Assembly: GCA_964057225.1 (NCBI GenBank)
Contig: OZ059899.1
Span: 7,998,001-8,062,000 of the forward strand
Reading direction: 5' to 3'
DNA length: 64,000 nt
Source of the DNA: Auanema rhodensis
Taxonomy: Eukaryota; Animalia; Nematoda
Shown here piece after piece: positions 53,102-64,000 of this stretch (positions are counted from its first letter, which is position 1; each line of letters starts with the position of its first letter). Both the position numbers and the translations under genes were made by a program. The notes beneath the pieces were generated by a model, which was not told the origin of the DNA, did not search any database, and saw only the letters and a program-made list of their open reading frames with translations.

Positions 53102-55118
53102 CTATTGAGTATCAAATTCGTCAAAATTATCAAAGTTCAATTCCATATCAATTGGTTGCTCATTACCATATTGCAACGCATTGCATTCACTGAACATAGT
53201 TGTGAATAAGGGAGGTATACAATTTTCTGAGCTATCGACGTCTAAATTTTGGTTTTGTTGGATAGGTACGGGTGAACTGTATACGGGTGATGAAGTTGAA
53301 GGTGATATGCTACGAAAATAAATGTAAAATATTTATTTATATTAAATTTCCTAACCATGGTTTCACGCTCGCATCAGCATCCGGAAGATTCATGGAAGAA
53401 AAAGATACAGGAGGTCCATTAGCTGCTGACTCCATGAATAACTTCTGAATCATCTAAATTTGCATATTGTAAAAGATATGTATATTTTTTTAAAATTTGG
53501 TGCAAACTGTGAAAAGCAAGAAACGTTACCTTTACACCATCATCGGACTCTAGGTTTTCCCTTATTTGATCATACTTGTAGGGACTAGGAACGACCATAG
53601 GTGCTACAACTACGCCCCTGTAACATTTGGGCAAACATAAGGAAAAATAAAAGCATGCTCATAAGTAAAGAAAAAGAAGGCACAAGCAGTCGTGCAGGCA
53701 AGAAAACTTAAAATCTGAGACTAACACACTATCCAACACGACCTTCATTGCAGCTTCTTGAACTTTTAGGATCTGTGCCTGTGTCATGACAGCTGGGACA
53801 TAAATAAGCGTACTAAAGTGATAAGTGAGCGGTGACAACGCAGATACAGTGGTGAACATAAGTGTTTTTACGAGAAGTAAAGAAAAACCTACCCTAATGT
53901 TTGTTTCGGAGCATCTTGATCTTGAATTGGCTCAGGAGAAGTTGGTAAGGCAGTCTTCTCTGACGTGGACAAAAATTCCTTCAAAAAAGGCGATAAAAAC
54001 TCCTTCAAAAAAAAGCCATAAAATTGTTGAAAGATGTAAAATCTCACATCAGGGGGAGCTACATCCGTTTTTCTCTTGCGGTTAGCTGAAACTCGAGATA
54101 CTTGAGAAGGGTCTATAACTTTTCGTATTGCCCGAAATGTCTGGCAGCCTTTTCGCAAACATCTATAAATTCTCATGAAAACAAGGAAAACAATTAGGAT
54201 TAACCTGTACGCAGGATATTCACGGATTTCCGACTTATATTTACTTTTTCGATAACAAATCTTCATAGGAAACTGGCACAAATGGCAGAGTATTTCATCT
54301 GGTACTTCAGTCGCTTGTCCATTAAAAACAACATGACTAACAGTCTGAGATAATTCTGGACCAGTATTAAGAGCTTAAACATTGCAGTAATTGAGTGTAT
54401 CTAATAAATTAAGATACCTTGTCTTCCGGTTAGCGCAGAAGTACATTTATCACCGGGAATAGATATCCTATTAATCCGATTAAGTTCATTTTGACGTGTC
54501 AACTGAATAGGAGGCCTTTCTTTTGCAATTCGGGGAGCGGTACTTCGAGAATTTGATAAAAATGGCATATTTCGTGTATTTATGGTAGGTGACTTTGCCT
54601 GATAAGTAAAAATAATTTCAAAAGACACCAGATAATTTACCTGTAGAGACGAGAGAGCATCAGCTAGTGATGGATTAATAGAAGAAAGTGTTGTATTAAT
54701 GTTGACCGAGGGCTCAAACCTCCTCTCAGGTTGTTTCAACGGAATATCTGAGAAAACTTTGAAAAATATGGAAAATAGACATTATCACAAACTCACTCGA
54801 TGAGAGTGAACGGGGTGTACTACATGCTTTATTAACTGATATATCTATAAAAAAAACATTAGCCTCTATACCTAAAAGAATTTAACAATTATTAAATAAC
54901 CCATGTCTTCTCAATAACGGAGGATTCGAAACATCCGTTTTCGACATTGACAAATCATCTAAAAAACCGAAATCTTCGTTTTTGAAAGTAATATTGTTAT
55001 CAATCTATAACGAAATAGATATATGCGAAATTATAATTAATGATCTAACCAGTTGGTCTTCAATGATATTAGGAGCTGTTGAAACGGATTCAGTTGATGA
55101 CAACGGAATATTAAACAT
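53102..55118 (-). CDS. Unknown S/P-rich protein with a C4 zinc-ribbon-like motif
   Basis: ATG at 55118 directly after TTTAAG. Spliced CHLCQFPMKICYRKSKYKSEIREYPAYR-CLRKGCQTFRAIRK (~54290-54120), then basic NRKRK; acidic tail ending DNFDEFDTQ* (TAG 53104-53102). Some central exon phases unresolved. Confidence 0.7.
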
Positions 55119-55391
55119 CTTAAACAATTAAATAACAAATCAAACGAACTTTGCATATAAGCGCATTTCTAATTTTTTTCATTGTCTTTAAACAAATTTG
55201 GTCCCATAAAGAAAATAATTTAAAGTTGGCGCAATTATTATCTGCCACTGCAGACGTAAGATGGTTGTGATTATTATGACAGGTAAACGGTATGGTATAC
55301 TTATTTCTGTTCTAAAGATTGATTAAAACTGAATTGAGTTAGATCGTTTAATTGTTATGTTTTAGTACTAACATCTCTAATCCGGGACAAA

Positions 55392-58300
55392 ATGGTGGTA
55401 ACTAAGCAGGATAAAACGGAAAGCAGAATGCTTCAGCTGAATGCTATGGTGAATATAGAAATAATTTGTCATATCACTGTCATATTTTTAGAATCATTCT
55501 CGAGCTGGTGATCGTTATAGAACAAGATCTTTGAGTAGCTTCTATGCTGCAAATGAAAGTGATACTCAAGATAGTATATCTTTCCAAATGTTTGTATACA
55601 TACAATTTACTTGTTCATACGAACTTTCGTTTTAGCAGTCGAGCTAGTTCAGTGGCAGATTTTCCTCTGGATAACAGAGGAATGCCTATCGTATCGAAAA
55701 GTATGCTTTCTGGGGATGGGGACTTCAGAAAAAGTTTCAAGAAGAAAATAAGAAAGTTGGCTGAACGAGAGAGGAGGTAAGACGATTTAAAATATAACTA
55801 ACCGATAAAAGTATTTCATTGGGTGTAAGTGTGCACGTATTTTCTTCTTCCTCTTGATTATCCTTTCTTGATTTTTTAAATGGCGATTTAGCCATCTAAA
55901 AACCGTGGTTGTTTTAAGTGAGTCAAAACAATAAAACAGAACAAAAGAAATTAGTGTTTGAATCAAGGGAATGAAATGAATTTAGATTGTTTAATTTTTA
56001 TATTTCTGAATTTTAATTCGAGAAACTATTTTGTTATACTGTTGAATGGAAAGATAAGTGCATGAGGAGAGATTAGAGTGTCGATATGAATAATATAAAC
56101 CCAAGAATGAAAAAAAAAGAACTCTATTAAGCTCTTGAAAGTATTTTTAAATGAGAGGATGTTGCTGAGTGTTTGGTTGTGTTGCGGCCACCATTCCAAA
56201 TGTCTAGCACTAGCACAAGGGCGAATCGATCAATATCGCAGATCACTGCCGCCAACAACCTACCAGCCATGTATCCAAACCGGGAGAGTGATTAAAATAA
56301 TTAATTTTCATATTACTCATTTGCTGTATGAAATCGAAAGATAGGATATCAAACTTTTAAGAGATACATCGGTGAATGATGTGTCCGACGACGCAATCGA
56401 AGAACCAAGAGGCGATCCCACTAGAACAATGAATAGAAAAAAAACAGGAGTAAGTAACTATTTTGGAGGTTATATTATTTTCTTAGAATTTGTCTCGTCT
56501 TATCGAAGCCACTATGGATGATAAAGACAATTCTACGAGAATGTTAACTTTGGATTCTCAAAAGCAACATTTGAAGGTTTCAGTTGTATGTTGACTGTAT
56601 TAATAATGGCATTTTCATAGGCAGCCAGAATGAAATTATTAGTAACAAGAGCAGCAATTGATTTACAACCAAAACTGGTTGAAAAAACAATTGAGCGTCT
56701 TATCGCTCAGTCTCAAAAGGTACTGGAAGCATAATTTCCTTAAATTTCTTTTTTAGATAGATGCTGATTCACCTGGAGCTTTTTCTCTTCACGCTTCCGC
56801 TATTTTAGAACGTGAAGTTGAGCTCGATGGAGTTCGCCACACCTTAAGTATCTAATCTTGTTAATTAATTCGTATGGTTTATCCTTATCCAATGTTTCAG
56901 GTCCCATGACTGACGAAAAGATGAAAAAATTAGTAATCCAATGTAGGAATGACTTACCATTAACACAACAGCTACTGTATTCGAAAAAGTAAATATTTAT
57001 TTCTCTGATAAGATAACTTGTTAACTTTAGATATGATAACAAGTGGAAGAATAGATATACCGATATCTTTCAACAAAGCATTAATGGTAAAAAAGAAAAA
57101 AAACCAGATAATCGACAAGGATGGGTTCTTCCACTCAAGAAAGTCTGTGAAAAGGTGCTATGATATTTGTATATTTTTTAAACTAGTAAATCTTGAAGGC
57201 GGGTATATCTTCCAGGTTTTTTACTGAAAACACTACATTGTCTCTTCCTGAAGCAAGAGCTCAAGTATTGCTCAGCAGATTGGCAGGAGCAGAACAACCC
57301 AGTAGATGGTTGTCTTCAACGGACTATAGGGCTATTAAGTAGTTTTTTAATGGTTGAGAAATCTACAAATCATTTACAGTAATCCAGCTATAACTAATTA
57401 CATGGTGTCTGATTTCGATCCCAGAGGAATGCAATCTAGAATATCTATGTATGTGAATTCAGTTATGGCTGACAAGGATCATATTAAGGTTGCTGGAAAA
57501 TGTGAGTGCTTTTTCTTTTGGCATAATTGTTGAGCTTAGTTTATAACAACATTCAACTTGGTAAGCGTATGTTCGGCCCATCCAAAAAACAGCAGATCGA
57601 GAGCTCTATCATCGGAGGAATGGAGAGAAGGTTTGCAGGCATATGCTTTTAGTCTACTTTCTTTATTTATCAGATTTGAAATTCTGGATAACCAAGTTAA
57701 TCATATTCCCAGCGATCATGAAGCTTCTGCCAATAATAAGGATAAGTGCAGAAATCCAAGTTTGTTTTGGTTATTGTTTTTCAGTATATAATTATATATA
57801 GATGTTCATTGTCGTGACTCAACACGTGTGGTTTTATCATATAAATCAGAAGAGTCTCAATCTGATTTTATACATGCTAATTGGGTAAAAGGAGGTCCTT
57901 TGTTCAATAAATTTATTCTCACACAAGCTCCTATGGAAAATACTATTGGTTGTTTACTTTGGATATCCTATATTCATTTCAAGAATATTTCAGCTGATTT
58001 CTGGAGAATGATTTGGCAGGAACGCGTTCCATATATATTTATGCTTACCAGCCGGAAGGAACCTGAAAGATGTACTGTGTATTGGCCTAGGTTTGTTGAT
58101 ATTCTTTTTCAATATTGAATTTTTTCTGTAGACGTGAAAATTCTATGCCCATGCATGTTGCTGGCTTACGCATTGAAAACGTCGGTGTAAACTCCACATG
58201 TGACCCTTTGTTCACAGTTACTTCTATTAGGATTAGTGGTCCTAATGGAGAACAAGTAATAATACAGATATTTTGTTTTATTATAATTTCTACTTTCAGT

Positions 58301-59022
58301 TCAATGTGGAGCATTGGCAAGGTAACATGAATAATTCGAGCAATCTTCTTTCCCCCTTAAATCTACTGAAAATTGCTCGAAATTCAGAACTTCCTGTTGT
58401 TGTTCACGATTGCTTAGGTTTTATTTCTTGATAATATGTTTATTAGGGTTATTTTTAAGGAATATCAAGAGCAGCTAGTTTAGTAGCTATTGAAGTTGCT
58501 ATTTGTAGTATTATTAAAGGACCATCGTATACTCACCTTGTACAAAAAGCTGTTCAATTCGTCAGATCTCAAAGACTTTTTGCTGTAGAAACTCCTATGC
58601 AATACATTTTTATTCACCGATGTCTTCATGCATTCTTTTCTGATATGAAAACCGATAAAGTTGAACAGGATTACGAAAGGTATATTCTGTGTTCAATTGT
58701 ATAACCTATTATTTTGTAGATGGCTGCAAGAACGTGCGAACAGAATGTTTTTAGAAGATATTGATGCACCAGTATGTTTACAATTTTTAGATCTTACTTA
58801 ATTCTTATTAGGTGCCTGGCTATCGAATGCTTTCTCCCAGGGTTGATCCTGATCTTCTGCGTCAAGTAAGAAGACCTCGACGACCAAATTACAGAAGGTG
58901 GGTAATTGTTTTTTGTTTACAAGATGAATTGTTGTTTCAGAGAAGCTCCTGATTGCGTTGGCGAATGGCCTGTTCCATTGGAATCAAAAGCTGCTAGGAG
59001 ACTACATCTTCTTGATAACTAA
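55392..59022 (+). CDS. egg-4: EGG-4/EGG-5-type protein tyrosine pseudophosphatase
   Basis: N-terminal LQLNAM...RSLSSF...KSFKKKIRKLAERERR, DAIEEPRGDP, SPGAFSLHA, VAGKFYNNIQLGKRMFG...IIGGMERRFEILDNQVNHIP; PTP motifs DFIHANWV and TQAPMENT..DFWRMIWQE; degenerate active site VVHDCLGISR; tail PGYRMLSPRVDPD...REAPDCVGE. Stop TAA 59020-59022. egg-4 and egg-5 cannot be distinguished. Confidence 0.9.
56148..56323. ncRNA. Candidate structured intronic RNA in the long egg-4/5 intron
   Basis: GC-rich island with nested complementary arms: 56175-56188/56248-56260, 56157-56162/56271-56276, 56221-56224/56236-56239, 56148-56155/56316-56323. Confidence 0.35.
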
Positions 59023-59467
59023 CTCAAACGAAACGTTCATATGTACATTTCATTTTTATCATTTTTTATTTTTTACGTTTTACATACTGTAATATTGCTC
59101 ACTTTCAATTTTAATTATAAAACGTTTTCTTTTTTTTTCGTTTCTATTAATACTGAATAACAAATGGCTCTCCGAAACTTTTATCTATATAAAGTTTCTA
59201 TTATTTTTTTATTAACGAGTTAGAAGAGAATACACTTCATGTATCCAGGAGTTTAACGTTTCCATCATTGAATTATTGCAAATCAAATTATGGAATTCGT
59301 TAAATTATTGTATAAATACGAAATTGCCTATTATTGTATTTATCAGCATACATAATGCGTATTGATTTTCGTTTTAACGTCACGTTAATGACGTTATGAA
59401 AAAAATGTTTAAAGTACAATCAATTTATTATTCTTTTTTTGTAAATATTAATTATAATTATGTTTAG

Positions 59468-61449
59468 ATGTCCCCTGGCAATGGGCATGTTTTACGATTG
59501 CCTAGTCGAACTTCTACTATTGTTGTTTCAAGCTTAGGTGTCGGATTTGTATTAATTGGATGGTGCATTCGAAGGTATAATTTCGAATTTTTATGTTCTT
59601 TTTACTTATTTTAAAATTATAGATGGCTTTCATCGAATTATAGTTCGAAAAAAAAAACAGCCCCTATCCCTGCTCCTACAACAGATCCCGATTATGCCTC
59701 TAAACCCCTTGACAGTGGTAGGCGTTCTCGAGAAAACTTAAACAAAATTTTTAGGCCGAACATCTCGGGCTCGGTGCACACCTTCATTCAGTGAACGTGG
59801 AAGTACACGACAAAGTCTTCGCCGTGGACAATCTACTGTTCTTCCTTCAGATGCTGATTTACTATGCAGTAAGCTCAATTATGAGATCAAAGGAAATAAT
59901 TTTTGTAGGCGTTGAAACTTGTCAAGATTTGCTGCGAATGGCCGAAAGATCTTTGAGTGCATTAGAACTTGTGAAGAATCGAAGTGAAAAAGACAGGTTA
60001 GTGCCTACATAGTAGCTGCTTCAGTTACTAATATATTTTTTATTTGTTACAGATTTCGCGCAGATTTATTATCCTCAGCAATCGATCGTTTAAGAGTCTT
60101 GGAGACGGACTTGAACAGACTTGCTAGTGAATGTGTTTTAGAGGAAACTAAGGAGGAAGGTTTCTCATCTGCATGGAGTGGGCACTATTCAGGGCGACCT
60201 GGAACTCTTTCAGTTTTTTCTGATGATTCGTTCATGTCTGCGTTAGAAGATATAGTACGCCGTGTTAAAAGTTATATCAACTTATATGCATATGTTATAG
60301 CCTGTTATGCTAGAAGAAGAGGATAGAGATTTGTTGGATTTGAATGAATCCGAGCTTGTTTTTTATCAGCAGGGATTGGAAGCTGCTCAAAGCGGAGAAG
60401 TAAAATTATCGTGTTGTTTTGACTTACCTAACTAAATCTTTGAAGGTAACTTATCGTAAAGCTCGCACCGATTTGTCTCAATGTGAGAACGAAGTTGAAT
60501 TTGCTGCTAAGTTATGGTGCTTACGTCAAGCTTTTCAAGTAAATTTTCCCCGCCTTATTTTTAAAATTTTTCATTTTAAGCTCATTTTTGCTGATGAACA
60601 TAAGAGACTTTGGCTTGCAAAAGCGGGAAGAAGTTTGTTAGGAGATTTACTGAGACATTCAAGAATGGTTGAGAATGCTTCTAATATATATAATTAAGCA
60701 TTTGTAATATTTCAGCCAGAGCCTAGATCATTCTATAAAGCATTTGATGAAATTATGGAGTTTTTTGCTGATGAAGCTAATTTGGAGCAAATGAAAGATG
60801 AATTAAATTCACGAGGGGTCAGTTAATCGTTTAGGTGGTTCAAACTGTAATCTTTCTAGGTTAGAGAAGTGGGTTTTTGGGATGTGGTTCTTGATTTTGT
60901 ACTTCTTGATGGATTTGAAGATTTGAAACAACCTCCATCTGCTATTTATACAGGTTTTCTGGAATAATATAATGTATATCAACTATTAATATTAGTAACA
61001 CGTAATGTTTTCCTGTCACAATCCATGAAGCTATCTACTTTGTCAACGGTGGTTTGGTCAATGTCTAAAGCGAAACGACAGAGACTTCAGGTATAGTTTG
61101 GAACTGTACGAGTTTTTACAAATTAAGTTAATTTAGTATCAACATGGATTTATTTCTCATTTTTATAATATTTCTGAAGTTGTGATTCCTTCTCTTGCCC
61201 TTGGGTTCTTAGGAACTGATGAGCGTTTGAAAGAGCTTTGTCATTACTTTAAGGTTATTGCTTATTTTTTATAATTTAGTAATTTTTTAATTTTAGGAAC
61301 AAGTACTTCAGTTAGTTGTCGATGTTTTCAATCAAAAGCGTGTTCGATATACCTCACTCTCAGAACTTTCAGAAGATGTCTGGGTCGTGATTCAAAATCG
61401 CGCAGAGGCCTTACAAAACAGAATAGGAACTGAGTTAATTCCTGCATAA
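59468..61449 (+). CDS. miga-1: Mitoguardin (MIGA/FAM73) mitochondrial outer-membrane lipid-transfer protein
   Basis: N-terminal TM (IVVSSLGVGFVLIGWCIRR), FFAT-like SDDSFMSALED, then FAAKLWCLRQAF, VGFWDVVLDFVLLDGFEDLKQPPS, HGFISHFY, LALGFLG, LCHYFKEQV. Stop TAA 61447-61449. Confidence 0.92.
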
Positions 61450-61903
61450 CTTAGTTAGTAAACTTATTTCTTCTGAAGCAATACCGTTTCTGTGATTCTT
61501 TCTGTATTTTCCATATTTGTTGAAGAGTTTTTATCTGATTTGATTGGAGGATTATCACCATTTTTCTTTTAATAATTTAATGCCAATACCGTTAGGTCTT
61601 TTTTAAAGCTGATCTCGTACATAAGAGGTGTTTTTGTTCTTGTTTTATAGTCGTTTTTTCACCGGTATTATGATTATAGCTCGTAGTTTTTTCATCTTCT
61701 AGTTTCATATATTAATTATTCCTTAGTACTGGTAGTGTACACATTGTTTGTTGTGTCTTTATCAGATATTTTATACTTAATAATTATGTACCCTCGTAAA
61801 TGTTTTTTGCACAGTGATAATATTATTTTATATTTCTTTTTCGTGGTTTCTGGGCCATCATACCTGTTTTTGATAGAATGTTCTTATTTATTTTTTATTC
61901 TAG

Positions 61904-63958
61904 ATGCCAGAAACCGTTGTTTCTAATTCAGCAGATCAGGTACTGATAGATAAGATTAAATCCATTGAAAGTCAGGTTCGTCAAAAAGCTGTAGGAGGAT
62001 AGCTACGTGTATTTTCTATTTAGGTAAAACGATGCTGCGATTTTATACCTATTGTTCACTGGGGATTTGATGAATCTGTTCAAGAAAAACTAAGACAGAG
62101 AAAGCATAGACTAGTTAATCAAAATTTATCAAAAAGTCAGTTTTTTTTGTGTAAATAATAACCATTCGTTATTTTACAGAGGAGAAACAGATGATGACTA
62201 ATGAGAAGAAGCAACGTTTTGCTAGAACAATTGGTGGTGTTCACACAACAGTTTCTGAAGTTTTAGATTGGATGAGTACTAGTATTGTCCAGAATACAGA
62301 TCCTAAAGTAGCATTTGTTCGAATGATGGTTTTAATAATGTATGTCTTAGAAAGCTGAGGTCAAAAAATTAGAGCTCAAACAAACCAAGACGAAGAATAA
62401 CTTGAAGACTGAAAAACCGCCCAAAAAAGTTATTACTCCGGTATGCCTAATGCTCCCTTTTTTTTGAATATTTCTATACTTTAGGCAAAAGAACTAGAAT
62501 CGGAGGATTCATCTGATGAGGAGGAAGAGCAAAATAAAAATATGCAGAAACCAACTCCATTAAAAAAAATCGAAAAGCCTGTTGCGGCAGTTAAGTAATA
62601 TAGTTAATGATCATTTTCTGTAGTAATTAATTCACTTAAGGCCCACTCCTAGAAAGGAGAACACGGAAGAGAATGAAGAAAAGGAAGATGGGAGTGTAGA
62701 AATGTTAGATAAATCAATGGAACATGATAGTGACTCTACAGATGAGGAAACTGAGCAGGTTTAAATCGAGTTATTAATTTGATTACTTTGATTTTAATAG
62801 AAATCCAAGAAAGGTAATCAAACTAAGCGTAAACCTACAGCCAGCCTAGGTGAAGTCCCTGCTAAGAAATCTAAGATTGACAAGGTTTAAAGTGTATACA
62901 GGTTTTCAAAATATGAGAATGTTTAGGAATTAGAGAAGTTCGAAAATGTTGATATTTCAACCTTAGATCCCATTGAAAGCCGTAAAGTAGCTATGCTGAA
63001 ATTACAAAAGAAGATTGAAACTATGAAGAGTAGGTTAAGCGCTAGAAATGAAAATATTTTCATTTTTTCAGTTTCTCGAAAAGGCAGTAAAGGCGCCAGT
63101 GTTACCAATATGGAAGAAGAGAGGAAGATGAAAAGACGAATGAGTAAATTGAAAGGCAAACAAAAAAGAGCAGAAGAGAAAAAGGGTAAAGAAGTAAAGT
63201 AAGCTCAATTTTTACTGTCGTCATCGAACATATTATGTATTGTTGCAGAGCTGAAAGTATACCTGAAGCTAAATCTCCAAAAGAAGAAAATCTTCCTAGA
63301 ACAGAAGAAGGGAATGTAGTATATTCTAAATTTGACTTCATTGTAAAAGATGATAAGAAGAAAAAGAAAAGAGTATTGTTATATTCAATTTTTTCTTTTA
63401 TATACTACTCATTCAGATGAGCACTTCAGAAAAACGTGATAAATTCAGTGGAAAAGATTACAAGTCATTGTTGACTAAAGTGAGAGAGCAAGCTATTGTA
63501 TAATAATATATACTTGAAATGCCTTATAGGTCGAAAAACGTGAAGAGAAGATAGCAAAGTTGCGCGAAACAGAACCTGAAAGGGCAAAAGAAATGGAACA
63601 AGACATTAAATGGAACCGAGCTCTCAAAAAGGCTGAAGGAATCAAAGTGAAGGTATTGTTTTATTGACTATTTAACAATATATATACAAATATATTTGTT
63701 AGGATAATGCTGAATTATTGAAAAAGGGATTGAAAAGGAAGGAGAAACTGAAAGAGAAGAAATTGACTAAATGGAGTAACCGTGAAGAAAGAGTCAATAA
63801 TGAGCAAAATACTGTAAGCCTTTTTCTGTTATCGATTTGATTATTTATATGACAATTTGTAGAAACAAGAAAAGCGCAATACAAACCTTCAAAAGAGAAT
63901 TGATGATAAAAAGAAGAGGAAGTTACAGTCATTAAGAAAGAAAGGCAGAATTCTTTAG
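61904..63958 (+). CDS. SURF6/Rrp14 nucleolar ribosome biogenesis protein
   Basis: K/E-rich. SURF6 motifs VVYSKFDF, KWNRALKKAEGIKVKDNAELLKKGLKRKEK...KW..R, KQEKRNTNLQKR and KKGRIL*. Stop TAG 63956-63958. Confidence 0.9.
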
Positions 63959-64000
63959 GAAATTTTTTCATTTTTATACTTGTATGTCGTTATTTCATGT

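Noticed and set aside
56135-56344. 69-aa ORF as a coding first exon of the phosphatase gene
   Set aside because: Not needed for the EGG-4/5-like protein and no recognisable homology; treated as intronic, although an alternative start cannot be excluded.
57558-57791. Apparent frameshift or retained intron suggested by the ORF track
   Set aside because: Canonical splicing of exon 57540-57630 (phase 1 in, phase 2 out) is open in another frame; no anomaly.
55392-59022. Initial call as egg-3, with 55392-55780 as a separate gene
   Set aside because: The N-terminal exons and FYNNIQLGKRMFG...GGMERRFEIL fit EGG-4/5, and 55777 splices in frame to 56362.
1-64000. CRISPR arrays, tRNA, rRNA, SL RNA, telomeric TTAGGC arrays, autonomous transposons, bacterial HGT islands
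   Set aside because: None seen by eye; all recognisable genes are intron-containing nematode genes. tRNAscan and cmscan were not run.

Overview
AT-rich eukaryotic genomic DNA, almost certainly from a rhabditid-type nematode. Evidence: many ~37-55 nt GT-AG introns, TTTCAG/TTTTAG acceptors, ATGs directly behind unpaired acceptors as expected for SL trans-splicing, and nematode-specific gene families. The ORF track is mostly uninformative, so genes were rebuilt by manual splicing. In order: the 3' part of an NR6A/HR4 nuclear receptor (nhr-91-like, first zinc finger upstream of the window); a nematode globin; a large single-pass REJ/GPS polycystin-like protein; a BtpA/SgcQ-family gene; two small orphan candidates; an HNF4-type receptor (nhr-35-like, minus strand); an EGG-1/EGG-2-type LDL-repeat protein; an unknown acidic protein; a deg-1 degenerin with a second upstream N-terminal/TM1 module; a C4 zinc-ribbon protein (minus strand); an EGG-4/EGG-5 pseudophosphatase; mitoguardin; and SURF6. 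Best leads: (1) deg-1 with two alternative HG-motif+TM1 N-termini; (2) a REJ-GPS-(SEA-like)x2-TM protein with a degenerate GPS far from the membrane; (3) a structured GC-rich island in the one long intron of germline egg-4/5; (4) a dense AGGTCA cluster in the nhr-91 intron; (5) close linkage of egg-1/2 and egg-4/5. Orthology calls rest on recalled C. elegans/Drosophila motifs, not on a database search.
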